Shown piece by piece: positions 27,293 through 43,030 of a stretch of 64,000 bases of DNA. The position numbers and the translations under genes are program-made. The notes under the pieces are model-generated. The model worked only from the letters and a program-made list of their open reading frames with translations. It had not been told where the DNA came from and made no database searches. Position 1 is the stretch's first letter. The number at the start of each line of letters is the position of its first letter. This stretch comes from the human T2T-CHM13v2.0 reference genome, Homo sapiens: assembly GCF_009914755.1 (NCBI RefSeq), contig NC_060931.1; one strand, 5' to 3'.

Positions 27293-28844
27293 ATATTTAT
27301 ACCCATTCTTCCTCCTGAGGAGTACCACGAGGACAAGCACGTTTAATACATTCCAATAATGTTGGAAACTACTGCTCTGGATTTTAATGATATCTTAGGC
27401 CTATCGAACCCTAAGAAATAAAAGTTTTAGAACACCAAGCAGGGTTTTTATTTTCAAAGCTTTGGAACTTATATGAGTCATTCTTTTTAGGTTTTATATA
27501 AAATAGTAAACCTTTAAACACATAGAGTTTTAGCTAGAGAATGAAATTATCTTACATAATTATTTATAATCTATGCAATAATTAGCATAAGACTAAGAGA
27601 TACCAATTTTCTTCACATGAATAGAGCATAATTTACATAAATTATAATGCTAATAATCTATTTTCAGTCCAAAATTTGTGTGTGTGTGCTGCGTTTTCAC
27701 TTGCATAGAAAAAACCACTATGTCACATAGAATAAGCATTTATTCTGTTGCTTGGAGTATGTGAATAGTTATTAAATTAGGATTATGTTGCTTGAGATAC
27801 AAGTAAATCATCTAGTCACCTCTGATTCCTCACACCATGATTGGTTAGTTCTTACTTACAGTTTTCCATAATATTTATTTCAACTTCATGTAGGTCTGAA
27901 ATGGTCACAGATCTCATTAAAAATGAGAACTTTTATTTCATGGAGTCTATGACATCATGTTTTCTATTTCATATTGTTGTTTAATCAGAACATGTTGGTG
28001 TTCCATAAATTTGCTTGTGTCATATTGTAGTGAAGATAAGAGGACTTGCTGCTTTAAGCAAGATCTGAGGATACTCTGGGGTCCTCTGCATTGGTTCAGT
28101 TACTACAGACTAAGGTTTATTGGCTCAGTTCTGTGAACCTATAACTTCAATGGATAATTTTTTTAAATGATCAGACCTTGGCACAAACTCTATGTCAGTA
28201 ATTACAACAAAAGATACTATTTGAATAAGAACATTTGTGTCCACTAAGCAAAGCATGTCTGACCTAATTCCAAAGTTTCAGACTAATACAATCAGTGGTC
28301 AGAATACCACCTGCTTTCATTCTTTCCACTTAAGCACATGGCAGGGTGTGTGTCTACTGGCACAAGTGCAATCAGTGTAGGAACTCGGTAATTTTGAGAA
28401 CTGCCACAGGTGGAGAAAGTATTTTTAGGCATGCTACCTGCTCTGCCCAAGCAATCTTTGCAGGTGACTCAATTTCAACCTGAGTCTCCTCACTCCACAT
28501 CTCCTCTTCTTTAACACCTCTCCCTCAAATAGGTCCTTTACTCTCCAGACCCACAGTCAGACCTACTTTTCTGGACAGAAGGTGTTTGGCCCAGGGAGTC
28601 CAAGCCAATTCTGGCTCCTGCCATGACAGACAGATGAGCCATCAGAGAGAACAGCTCCACCTCTGCCACCAGAATGACACACATCCCATATGCATCACCT
28701 TCACTCATATCAACATCTCCTTCATTTTCTTTTCCACAGCCATCAACATCAACATCCTCATCAATGTTTCAATGGGTCATGAACACCAGTGCAATTATTA
28801 CCACGATCTGAAATGCCGTCACTATTTCCTACTTGCTAAGAAAT

Positions 28845-29090
28845 GGTGTGGTCTGTTGGGAAAAGAAAAACAGCTCTAAAGCCAGGCTGAAATACTTTCA
28901 AATTATAGCTGTAGTTACCATTATTTGTGAGACTTGGGCAAGTTCCTTACTTTGAACATTATTCCTTAGCTGCAAAATGGAAATAATACCTTCCACCCAT
29001 GGTACCAGCAAAGATTAGACGAGATAAAATACATAAAGAAGCTAACACGGTCATGGCTCCTAGCTGGTACTCAACAAATGTAAATTTTGT
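28845..29090 (+). mobile_element. MIR
   Basis: gtgagacttgggcaagtt...ctgcaaaatggaaataatacc. Confidence 0.7.
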
Positions 29091-29179
29091 ATGTTGTAGA
29101 TCTTCAGTAAATATAGAACAAGTGACTGAATGGATACCAAAGGGAACCAGATATTCTTAATAAACACTTTATTTAGGCT

Positions 29180-29392
29180 AAAGGTTTTTAAACATTAAGC
29201 TGTTGTTCATAGCCCAAACTTTCCTTCAAGTACAATTGCATGCAGAAGGTCAACACTGAAAAAAAAAAACAAACAGAGCTGCTTCCATTAAAGCAGGGGT
29301 AGGGGTTCTGTGGTCCTCTTAGATCCATTTGTCATTGCACATCAAGTCACCTTTGCCCTGGACTCCCAAAAGCACAGTTTGAAAACCACAGA
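29180..29392. mobile_element. hAT-Charlie MITE (Charlie15-like)
   Basis: cagagctgcttccattaaagcagggg...cacagtttgaaaaccac end. Confidence 0.5.
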
Positions 29393-29419
29393 CCCAGGAT
29401 ATATTCTTAAAACTAAGTT

Positions 29420-31260
29420 TTACTATAACTTTAATCTAAGTTCCACATATTTTTGGTTAGTTCTATTTTCTTTTTGTTAATCTAAATGAAATCTTTATCA
29501 TTACATCTTCTAACTTGTATTGTTGATACATTGGAAAGCTACCTTTATAGATGAGTAAATTATCTTAAAATTTTTTCCAAGTTTTTCAGTCTATTTTACT
29601 GGCATTTCCCAAGTACATGATCACACTGGATACAAATGATGATTTTTTTTTTTTCTCCTCCTTGTCAGAATTTTTCATGTTTTGGTGTATGCCCAAGAAC
29701 TTCCAAAATAATGTTACATAAAAGTTGTCATGGTACCCATCCTACTTAGTTCTTGATTTTAATTAGCTTTCTTTTAGGCTAGTTATTCCTACTTTGTTGC
29801 CAGAGTCCCAACCCCCTGAAATTCTGATTTAATTGGTCTGGAGTAGGTCTCAAGCATCAGTAATTTTTAAAAACTCCCAAGGTGATGCTTATGTTCAGAG
29901 ATTGAGACCCGCCCCTCAGTTCCAGGTAATTTAGCATGGATATGATGTTGGCTTATTTAATATTGATATTCTTTATCATGTTTAGGAAAAATTTGGTGTT
30001 CTTGGTTGCCTAAGGTTTGTTATTTGTTTGCTTTAGAAATAGTGTTACAATGGTCTGTTGAGATGATTGCATTATATATTTATATATTTTTTTCTTACTG
30101 GATATATTAAAGTGATGAATAAAACATCCTTGTATTCCTCAGTTAAACTCAATTTGGCCATGGCCATGGTAATTCCTTTACTGCATTATTCAGTTCAGTT
30201 TGCATTTATAATTTGTAATGATATCTTTTTATGTAGTCTCTGTAATAATAACAATAATACTAGCATTATGTTTAAGGATTAAATGTTTGCTATGTTCCAG
30301 ATACTGTTCTAAGTTCTTTAAATAATTATTTTATTTATTTCTCAGTCTTTCATCTATGGAAACTGAAGCAGAAAAGGATTAAATATCTTGCCCTTGGTCA
30401 TACTACTAGAACATAGGAGAGCCAGGATTTGAACTCAGGTAGTTTGGTGCTGGAGGACATGCTTTAGGGCACTATTTCATGCCACCTGTCCATGCCATCA
30501 TGTGTCACCTGGGTGACACTGAATAACAAGTTCTTTAGCCTCTCACTTCTTCAGTTTGCTCATCTGTAAAATGAGGATAATAGTTATCCCTCCCTCATAG
30601 GGTTTTAGGAGTAATGTGTAAATTAATACTTGTGAAATCTCAGAACCTTGCCTGGCACTGAGTAAGAACAAAATCAAGTGTTTGTTAAATAGAACCAAAC
30701 CAGGCCATCTGGCACTCGGGTCTTATACATGGCCTCTTTGGCATCAGGGTTATACTGGTATTAAGAAAATGACTTGAATAGCTGACCCCAGAATCTTTAT
30801 TGGAGGAAATTCCTTGATTAAGCAGATTTCTTCCATGGTTTTTTGTAAATTAGTTTTCTACTTTTCCATAATAAATTTGTTATGTACATTTTCTCAAAAC
30901 TCATTTATTTTCTATTTTATTGGCATATATTTTTAAATAATAAGAAGCTTTATACTGTAATCACCTTTTACTTCTTTTGTTTATTTGAATTTTCTCTCTG
31001 TTTCTTTAAAAAAAAACCCTAGTTTTGATTTTATTAATTTTGTTTTGGATTTTTTCCCCAACAAGCCAGTATTTATCTCTTAATGCTATTAGTTTTATAA
31101 ATAATGTCTGATTTATATATCTATCTTGTTGAGTAGAATGCTTCATTTATCTAGTTTTAATTCAATCATTTAAAGTAATAGGAAGCATCAAACACCATAG
31201 AATTGCCTATGTACACTTTTGGGCACATGCAACCATTTTTGATCTGCACTGTTACTCATC
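29420..31260 (-). mobile_element. Old L1M ORF2 relic with nested MER5 (about 29795-29910) and two MIRs (about 30250-30480 minus, 30500-30690 plus)
   Basis: T-rich L1 antisense signatures (aacttccaaaataatgtt, catccttgtattcct); MER5 attctgatttaattggtctgg; MIR cores. Confidence 0.55.
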
Positions 31261-31584
31261 AACGCGCTTGTGGAGGGTTGCTCCAATCACTTCATTCACA
31301 GTCAGCCCTTTTCTCAGTCACAATTATTCCCTCCCTACTTGTTCTCTAGCCTCTCCCTTCTGGGGCCTCTCTTCTAAAACAGCTATTTTCTTGACTCAGT
31401 TTATCTCCTTCCAACATATGATTATACGTAATTGCAACGAGGGAGGTGAGGTTAGATGATTTTCATTCATTTTTCTGATCCAGTTGTGGAACACAAACTC
31501 ACAAAGTCACAATTGATAGTTCTTCCCTATACAAACAAGAAGTAATCAGAAAACATAATAAAAGAATTGGTGCTATTTACCATA

Positions 31585-31681
31585 AAAGAAGAAGAGGAAA
31601 AGGAAGAGGAAGAAGAGGAGGAGGAAAAAGGGAAGAAGGGAAGGAAGAAAAAGAAAGGATGGGAAGGAAGGAGAGAGGGAG
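31585..31681. repeat. Purine-rich (GAA/GGA) low-complexity tract
   Basis: About 95 nt almost entirely A/G. Confidence 0.9.
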
Positions 31682-31689
31682 TAAACTTA

Positions 31690-33620
31690 AGAAATGTGCA
31701 GTAACTACACAAAAAAAAGACTTTCAAAAAACTTTCCGAGAGACATTTTAAAACAAAAGCAGCTTGAATACAAATGAAGAGCATTTTTAATTGAAATAGG
31801 AAAAGCTAATATGGTAAGACTGTCAATTCTTTCTAAATGAATATGTAAATTTGTTGCAACCCCAATAAAATATTAATTGATTTTTTAAATATAAGAGCAG
31901 CTGGTTCTAAGACTTTTGTATAAATATCAAAATTCAAGCTTAGCCAGAAAAAAAATCTACAAAGGAAGCATAATGAATTAGGCAAGCCCTATTAGATAAT
32001 AAAACATATTATAAAGCATTTGTGATTAAGCTAGATGAATGAATTGATAGAGAATCCAGAACTAGACTCAAACACATATGCAAATTCAGTTATGACAAAG
32101 GTGACATTTAGAAGCAAATGCATTCTTCAAATGATAGTGATTCTATTCATAAAGTTATAACACTTTTTTCTTACCAATGTTTTATTATTATAATATTATA
32201 CATTTATTATAGTTACATTTATTATAAATATTATGCACTTTTTAATATAAATGAATCTGTAAAGTCCTAGGAAAAAAATAAAGGAATTATTTTATATTCT
32301 GGATTGGGGAAAAGCCCTTTTAATATTTACTAAGTACTTGTTGCCAAGCAATTTTTAAGCACTTTACATATATTTATTTATTTAATTCCCACACAATGTT
32401 ATAATCCCCACTTTACAGATGAGAAACTAAAGCACAAAAAGGCGAAGTGAACTTGGCGCTTGGACCAATAGTTCAAAAGCGGCAGAGTGGAAGTACAAAG
32501 CCAAATGGTTTTACTCTAGAGCTTGTGTTCTCATAAACTACCTGGAAAAAAGACAAAGATGAAGGCCAGTGGCAGGTCCTGGTGCAGCTTGCTGGGCTCC
32601 ATCCCTCCTTGGCTGTGAAGCATAGGTAGTCCCTGACTGTCATGTCCACAGATGGGTCATTGTTAGCACAGGTATGACATACTGTGGCATTATTATTTAT
32701 CCTGTGAACGAATAGCAAGGTGGCCCTGCTGGCAGGAGAAGAAATTGTGTACTACCTGGACGTGAGAACCAGGTGATATGATGTGTGAAAGGCAGTTTTG
32801 CAAACTGGTTAAGTAATTATGCTAGACCTGGCAAGACCTTACTCTAGAAACACAAGATATGATCACAAACAACCCATGTGTTTCCCACAAAGAAGAGAAA
32901 GCTGAAGAGGCAAACTCAGCAAACTTCTGCATGCCCGATGGCCAGGGCGTACTGGCATACTTGTTTAAAATATACCTATTGTGCGGATCAGTAAGCTATA
33001 ACTTCTGCAGGATTTATATGTCAGATAGCTCATTTTTGTCAACCCTCCAACCAAGCTTTCTGAAGAATTACTTCAACTCGTTCTTCACTGTCTACTCCAA
33101 ATTAAATTCCAAATGGAAAAATATTTTGATATAAACCAATCTATAAACTTCCAGAAAAAAACATGGGGAATTATTTTTATACTCCAGAGTGAGAAAGACC
33201 TTTCTCATTAAGCTCAGATGTTATAATGAAAAAGAAGGATCATTTTTACTATGTTAAAATTTATGTATGGAAAAAATAATGTCAAAGACAAATAAAAACT
33301 TGGGAAAATATTTGCCCCACCCATAGCATGCAAAAGGCAAATTTTCATTATACATTCGAGAGTTATTTCAAAAAAAAATCATGAACAGAGCACACAAACA
33401 GAAAATTCACCAGAAAATAAATATAAATGGCATAAAAATATAAAAAGATATTCAACCTTAAAATTTTAGATGGTAATTTAAAATAAAATGAAATATCACT
33501 ATTCATTTACTGGACAAAAATCTTTGCTAATGCACAGTATTGATGAAAGGAGAGAAAGAGACACTTCCAGACAGTGAATAGACAAATTGGTACATCTTCT
33601 TTGGAGGACAATTAAAAATG
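31690..33620 (+). mobile_element. Old L1ME ORF2 relics with nested MIR and an unassigned segment at about 32520-33100
   Basis: aagactgtcaattctttctaaat, aaacatattataaagc, tgacaaaggtgacatt, gggaaaatatttgc. Confidence 0.55.
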
Positions 33621-33624
33621 ATAC

Positions 33625-33850
33625 TAGTAATAATAATATAAATAGCTTACTTTTTTTGAGTATCAGCTATGTCAGATAGACGTTCTATGTGTTTCAGATA
33701 TTCTAACTCATTTACTCCTCATAACAACCAAATGAGGTAGTTTCTATCACTATCACTATGAGAACACTAAGGCACAAAATGATTAAGAAACTTGTTCAAG
33801 ATCACATGTCTAGTAAATGGAGAAGCTGAGATTCAAACCCAGAAAGTCTG
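33625..33850 (-). mobile_element. MIR
   Basis: catttactcctcataacaacc...aacttgttcaagatcaca...gattcaaacccag. Confidence 0.8.
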
Positions 33851-33864
33851 GAAAATTCAACTTA

Positions 33865-34055
33865 AAACACCACACCACCACACACACACGCACACATGTT
33901 AACTACGGGTTGTAATAGATGTGTTAATTAATTTGACTGTAGTAATCGTAGTAATCAGTATCCAGTGTACATATATGTGTATCACATCAACATGTTGTAC
34001 ACCTTGAATATATATATACTTTTTATCTGTCAATTAGATATTTTTAAATTAAATA
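33865..34055 (+). mobile_element. L1MA 3' end
   Basis: catgttgtacaccttgaatatata...tttttatctgtcaatta. Confidence 0.7.
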
Positions 34056-34104
34056 AACCAAGCTTGACAACACCCATAAAAATTCAAAAATTTTATACCC
34101 ATTA

Positions 34105-34560
34105 TATTCATTAGGATTAGATTTAGGTACTTGACATAGAAAAGAAAATAACTGTTGCTTAAACGAGGTAAAAGTTAATTTCTCTCCCAAATAAATAAAA
34201 TCTGGAGGTATATAGCTTAGAACTGGCAGGGCAGCTCTTACCCTATAAAGTCCTCAAGAGCCTGGCTCCTTCCAGCTCCCCACTCACCACCAAAAGGGTG
34301 TGGCCCTAGGCAGCATGTGAAGTACAAAAACGAATAAAGAATAGAGGACAGAAGGCACTTGTCATCTGTCTCTCAGAGAAGTTTTTCAGAAGCTGTCACG
34401 CGACACTTCCCGTTCCACTGCTCTAGCTGCAAAGGAGGCTGGGAAATGTAGTCTTAATTCTGGGCCGCCATTTGCACAGCTTTGCATTGTATTACCATGG
34501 AAGAGGAGGAGAAGGGAGATTGAGGGACATGTGGCCAGCTCTTTCCTTCCTGCTGACACC
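34105..34560 (-). mobile_element. Old MaLR LTR (MLT1I/J-like)
   Basis: ctagctgcaaaggaggctgggaaatgtagtctt. Confidence 0.6.
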
Positions 34561-34621
34561 ACAATTCAACTTCTAGGAAAATTTCTACTAGATTAATGGC
34601 ACATTTGTGTAACAACATATT

Positions 34622-35112
34622 ACACTGATTATTCCCCATTTATCCTTCCTCTCCCTGCCTACCCTGTACCTTGCAGACTGACCTCCATGGACTGCATCAC
34701 CTGGGCTTCCCCAACCTCTGACTTCCACTTCTATTCAGCAGCTGGAAGAACCAGCAGAAAACCAGAGAGCAAGAGGAGATAGCAGTCAGGGTATTTATTC
34801 CTCTTGCTCCTACTCTGATGGCTGCAGTTTGGCTACTGGCTCCATTCCTCACCATGTGGCTGTAGCTCCGTTTGGCTGGCCTCTCTCCCACAGCCATGGT
34901 CTCACTGGCTTCTAGTAACACTGCTCCCTCCCCTTATCCCTTCATGCCTGGGGTGGTGAAGGCTTGTCACTGTTGGGAGTTCCTGAATGTTTAGCCATTT
35001 ATTGCTGGTTCTATTCATCCTGCCAGCACCTGTGTAAATAGTACCTCCATGACTAAACTCGTCAGGTAAGCTTGGGATGTGCCATCTGCTTCTGCTGGAC
35101 CCTGATTCATAC
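34622..35112 (+). mobile_element. ERVL LTR33-like
   Basis: gactgacctccatggactgcatca...gggtatttattcc...gtgccatctgcttctgctggaccctgattcataca. Confidence 0.7.
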
Positions 35113-35114
35113 AC

Positions 35115-35640
35115 ATACGTGCAAGGACTTTCATTACAGCAGTGCTTGAAATAGTAATAGACCAAAACAAATTAAATATTTATCAATAGGGAACTGATTA
35201 AATATCATGCAGTTATAGTAGTAATATAATGTAGCAGTTTAATAAATAATGGTGCACTATCATGTACACTTAAAAATTTGCTAAGAAGGTAGACCTCAAG
35301 TTATGTGTTCCTACTGCACTAAAATAATAATAATGTCTTTATGAGCTAAAATAGAGAGCTCTTGATGATAGGATGCTACCAACTGTATATTAAAATATAG
35401 ATATAGATGTACAGTTAGGTTTGGATTTAGATATATTTGCATGGTGTGTTATAAATGTATATGTAATATGCATTTCTATACTTAAAGGTTTTTAAGGAAA
35501 AGACTAGAAACTGAGACTGGTGGTCACCTCTGGGAAAGAATAATGGAGAATAGGGTAGGAAAGAGCTTTACTTTCATTGAATATCCTTTTATACTATATG
35601 AATTTTTACTACATATATATTACCTTAAAAAACTATTTAG
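35115..35640 (+). mobile_element. L1ME 3' end
   Basis: tatcaatagggaactgattaaat...gtggtcacctctggga. Confidence 0.55.
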
Positions 35641-35879
35641 AGAAAAAAATATTAATTTTCCTTAGGATACATATAATAGGGAAGCATACGAATAAGATAG
35701 TAGCATTCCTTTGAGATTCCATTACTATAAATCGGATTCCAATTTTCTCTCCCCACCACTGTCTGCCCTCTCATAAACCCTCCTCCCATACGGGGGCACA
35801 CCAAGGGCCCTCGCTTCTAATGAAGGGCAGTACCTCATCCCCTGGATCTACTGTGGTCCTTACTGTGCTCTCCCTATGC

Positions 35880-38300
35880 ATTGGTGTCAATTAAGGGAGT
35901 ACATGTTCTGTTCCAAAGCTGTAGGAAGTGCTAGAAACCAGGAAAATGAATGATCCCTGTCCTCAGAGAGATTATTTCCTATGGAGGGACATAAAAATGT
36001 AAGAGGTGTCAACAGGAGTGAATATAGAAATTGGAGACAGGGCACAGAGACGGTGTGGTCGATTGTAATCAGGGACTAAAATGCAGAACTGGAAGGATTT
36101 CCTGAGAGGTGAGAGAGGAATGTGGTGGCAATGGTAATAAAAGGAGAATGGGGTGCCCTCTGAAGACAAGCAAAATAGAGGGCATTTGAAGTAGCAGAAA
36201 CAATGTAACTTGAAGCAGGACACTTAAGATAATTTAAGACTACTGATGGCAGATTAAAACGGGGAGCCAATCAGCTGAAGGTCATTGGTGTCATCATCAT
36301 CCTGGAGAGAATCAAAAGGGAAGGGTAGAAGAATGGGTTAAGAATGTCTATTACAGTCATTATTCAGGAAAGAAAAATAAAGACTAGCTAAATGTTTGAT
36401 TACTACTTTAGACTGCATTAAAATATGAGCATATTAAGATGTTGCATCAAAATGTTCTTGTGCCTTTTGAGGGGAAGACACATAGGCAAGAAATAATAGA
36501 GCACACTGGGGAAATTGCTGATAGTTCTTGAGGCATGACAAATAGCAAGGGAATAATAAGGCTGCAGAGGTGGGGGCAGTGGCTGTATGATAAAAGTCTT
36601 TTCTATCATCCTGGAACAGCCAGTATTTGGCTGGGCAGTGATGTAATCAGTTGTGCATGTTAGAGAGATTACTAGGAGTATGGAAGTGAGGCCAATTAGG
36701 AGACGGTGGCACTAATCCTGAGTGAAGGTGGAGAAAGGATAGGCACACAAGAAATGTTGATGCAGTAGAATCAGCAGAAGTTAGTTATTAGTTGAAGGAC
36801 AGAGGTGAGGAAACAGGAGGAATTGAAGAAATCTATATTTCTAGTGACCAGATTGGTAGGGGTGCCATATACTTGGATAAAGAATAAAGGACGAAAAAGC
36901 CTGGGGAGAATGTGTGGAGCTTGAGGTTACTTGTGAGTTCCAACTTCATGATTTCACTTATAATCTCTTCCTATACTCAATCTCTCTTTTCTCTGCTCTT
37001 CAATCCTCAAGTCTCCCGTCTCCTTCTTACCACAATTTTGCCTAATTAATGCCTACTCCCTCTTTAAGAATTAGCTCAAGCAACCTTCCATCCAGAAAGT
37101 CCCTCATGACATTTTGTCTTCTTCCAATGAAGGCTGAGCTAGGTGGCTTTTCCTCCCACAGTCTGGTAATGTTCTGTGTTTATTTCTATCATTATACCTT
37201 AATGCACGTCAAATTATTTTTCCTTTACAGATCAGTTTCCCCTACATGATGTTAAGCTCCTTATGGGTAGGATCTACGTCTTCCTCTCTAGTTTCCCCAG
37301 CATATAGCACAGTGTTTATTAGGATGTGATAGGCACTCAGTGATTGTTGAATGAATGAATAAGTTTTGAGTGGGAGAAGAAACACTTCTTTTTCTTAGAC
37401 TTAGGTAGAACCATTGGACGGTGTCAAAAGTTGTAGTTATTAAGGGCTAAGTGAGAGTTTGAAGGTATCTGCAGTCTAAGTCTCATCTAGGAAGTAAGAG
37501 TCATTCCCCAAGAGAAAGGTGGGTTGAGGACAGTGATGGGCATTTGGAATTGCTGCTGTGGAGAGTGAAAAGGGGAGGAGCCCAAAAGGTCTGGTTGACA
37601 TTGGCAATAATAAAATTATAATGGCAGTGACCCCAGTGTCTGTATGATTCCCTCTAGCAGTTCAGTGGGCTGAGTGTGAACAAGGAGGGGGTTGACAGTG
37701 GAACTCATCAAGATCCACAAGGCGGATTCAGCAGAGGACAAAGAAGCTCTGACACAGAGTGACAAATGGGTATAGATTGGATTAGGAAGAGAGGTGGAGC
37801 CACAAGAGACAAGACTGAGAGAAATGAGAGTGAGGAAATGAAAGACTATAAGTCTACATCATGCTGAAGAAAAGAAATTGTGGGGTAAGGTAGTGGTCAG
37901 GTGTGGCTCCTTTGAGAGACTAGGGTGTTTACTTTGAGATTCCTGAGTTGGACCTCTTTTTCGGGGTGATGTCAGAGCCTAGGTTTTAGTGCAGCCATGG
38001 AAGTAGGTTGCTAAAGGGACCTGGAAGTTAAGGTTGTAGGAATCAGAAAAGTTAAATAACTTTAAAGCTGCATATTGAACTTACTGTATCAAGATTCTGA
38101 AGTTACCCACAATAAAGGCAGGAATGGAGTGAGAGGAAGAGTAGGAATGGGGTTGCAGAGACTCCAGTGAACAATGGGTGTGCCCAGAGATTGAGTAGAT
38201 GGAGTGAGGCAGATGGAGGCAGGAATCTCAAGGGAAAATGGAAAGGCATTTTGCATGAGAGTTGGAAAGATAATGGTCTGGAGTGGTGATGGGGAGTCTG
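35880..38300. mobile_element. Cluster of L2 fragments (both orientations)
   Basis: atccctgtcctcagagag, gaggccaattaggag, and L2 3' end taggcactcagtgattgttgaatgaatgaat at about 37330-37360. Confidence 0.55.
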
Positions 38301-38605
38301 TAGAATACCAACTGGCCTCTCCCTAACTCTGGAGTTTTCTTCATACTGGAGCACCCTCTCCAACAAGGCAGTCTTTATCTTTGCTCTTTCTTCTGGTGCC
38401 TTGATTTAGCTTTCCAGGATGACTCTTGATTTGTGTCCCTAGCCTTGTGCTCTTATTTTTTGTGTTTCTGTGGGTATCACTCCACACTCGCAGAATGCTA
38501 TGATGCCTTTTCTCATTACAACATATCTGTCCTGTTTTTTATTTCCTTAATGAAAAACTAATAATTAGCTCTGCTGTGAATAAACTAGATTTCCCGCTAG
38601 ATAAT

Positions 38606-39039
38606 TGCCTTGGTCCATTTTTCTTGCTATAAATTCTTGCTGGGTAATTTATAAAGAAAAGAGGCTTATTTGGCTCATGGATCTGCAGGCTTACAAGAAG
38701 CATGGTGCCAATATCTGCATCTGGCAAGGGCCTCAGACTGCTTCCACTCATGGCAGAAGGTAAAAGAAAGGTGAAGGCAGGACTGTGTGCAGAGATCTCA
38801 TGGCAGGAGAGCAGAAGCAAGAGAGAGAGGGGAGGGAGGTGCCAGGTTCTTTACAACAACCAGTTCTTATGGGAACTAAGAACGGGAACAAACTCACTCC
38901 TGCACCTAGCCATTCTTGAGGGATCCACCCCCACAATCCAAACACCTCCCGCCAGGCCCCATCTTCAACACTGGGGATCAAATTTCAATGTGAGACTTGG
39001 CGGGGCCAAACAACCAAGCCAAATATTCATGCCATAGCA
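38606..39039 (-). mobile_element. Solo MSTB-type LTR
   Basis: ctgggtaatttataaagaaaagagg...ggggatcaaatttcaa...ccatagca; TSD ataat/atgat. Confidence 0.88.
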
Positions 39040-39422
39040 ATGATAATGAACTAACATGCTACTATGCCGAAGAAATATATTTGCATTAGAAAGATCCTCC
39101 TAGATAAATGATGGCATAATCCAATCTACCCTACAAAGTCAATAAATAAGGAAGCCTGTTGGTGTACCTCAAAGCACACAGTCATGTGTTTTCTAGAGCT
39201 GCTTCTTTTATGAGTTTAAATCCCACATGAGCAGTTATTTCAAAGGCAAATTGTTTTAAGTTAAGAGTGAAAGATAAACAGAAATACAGATAATTTTGAA
39301 TTGTTGGGAAGAAAGAGTAGAATAAGTGTCCTAAACCGACAGTCATTCATGCAAGAAAGCCTATATTCCCAGTTTCAGTTTAAGTAATTTGTGGGTTATA
39401 CCATTAAAAACATCTCTGCTCT

Positions 39423-39783
<361 letters not shown>

Positions 39784-41249
39784 CTAAAACAACCCCATCA
39801 ACAACATATGGTAATTGAGTACCCTTAAAATACTGTAGTAGGTGTGTGGATAGAGGATATCACATATAAAATATGGTCCCTGTCCTTAAGAAACTTAAAA
39901 CTTAAGAGAGAACTAAGACAAGTAGACATGAACAAGTAAAAGTCAGAACCTGTGTTAAAGCAATATTACTTTCTTTCAACATCAAGGATCCCACATTCTG
40001 TTGCTTTGGAATTGTTAGTATTGCCAATGCATTAAAAAGTTCCTTTCAGTATTGGAATCTTGTAGAAGGTTGGTCTCTTCTGAGTACTCAAACCTGTGCA
40101 TTAGTTTCCCAAACCTGTGCATTACGACATCAGCCAGTCATATGGTAACTGTCAGATCAGCAGTTTCCTCATCCTCCACTTCCTGCAGAATCTGCTGGCA
40201 CTTTTGTCTGTCTATGATACCACCTGGCTTAACAAAGTAGGTCAGAGAGGGCTCTTGGCTCAGACAATGACAGGCCCTGGAACATGCTTTAACTGAAAGA
40301 GACTGTGATAACATCTTCTGTAGAGACTTAAGACTAGAAATATCAACAAGAAGGTTACAGCTATAATCTTTCTTTTTATCTTTAACCCATTTTCCTCTTT
40401 CTGTGTTATATAGCCTGTGCTCTAATAAAATATACAAATCCAACACATTTCTGTTATTTTACCATAGAGTGTTACAAAAATACCATCTTACATTGTATAG
40501 TACATTTTCATTAACTGTACAAAATTCTTCCAAGTCTATGAATTCTTTTTATCCTCAAAGAAAACTCCAAAGAAGTATTACTGACCCAATTTACACAGGC
40601 CTGACTTCAGGTTCAGGGCCCATTTCACTCCACCATTAGAGCTGAGTAAGCATTTATACTACTCACCTGCAGGGATGGGAGCTCCCTTCCTTGTAGAGCA
40701 GCCGAGCCTACTTCTAAATGTCACCCTCGCTGTTTCTCTGGATCCTACTTCTCCCGCCTGCCAACTCTTTCTGCTGATTCTCTGCATAGAATTCAATTCA
40801 ATGAAATTCAATAGGCAATTAATGGATGTCAGCCACAGGCCAAACACCATGCTAAGAATTGAGGTTATTAAATTAACACTCCCCAAGGAGTGGCTAGACT
40901 AACTGGGGAGACAGAAAAGCAAATTATTATAATGCGGCAACTACCACAATAGAGGGATGCACACGGTACCTCCTTAGTTCCAAGAAGGGAATAATTAAGT
41001 CTGCCTGATAGACTTAAGTAAGTGGCAGTTGGGTCAGAAGTTGAATTATCAAGGTTAAGAGGGCATTCTAGGCACATGGATCAGCCTGTGCAAAGGTAAA
41101 GGAGTGGGGAACTGTAAGAAGTTCAATTTAACTCCCCTTTCATCGGTATCAACACCCAAATGCAATTGGAAAAAAATTTCCCTTACTTCTAGGCCACTGA
41201 CCTTAAGTGAGGTCACTAAGCCACTCACTCACTCACCCACAGCCCTAGA

Positions 41250-43030
<1,781 letters not shown>

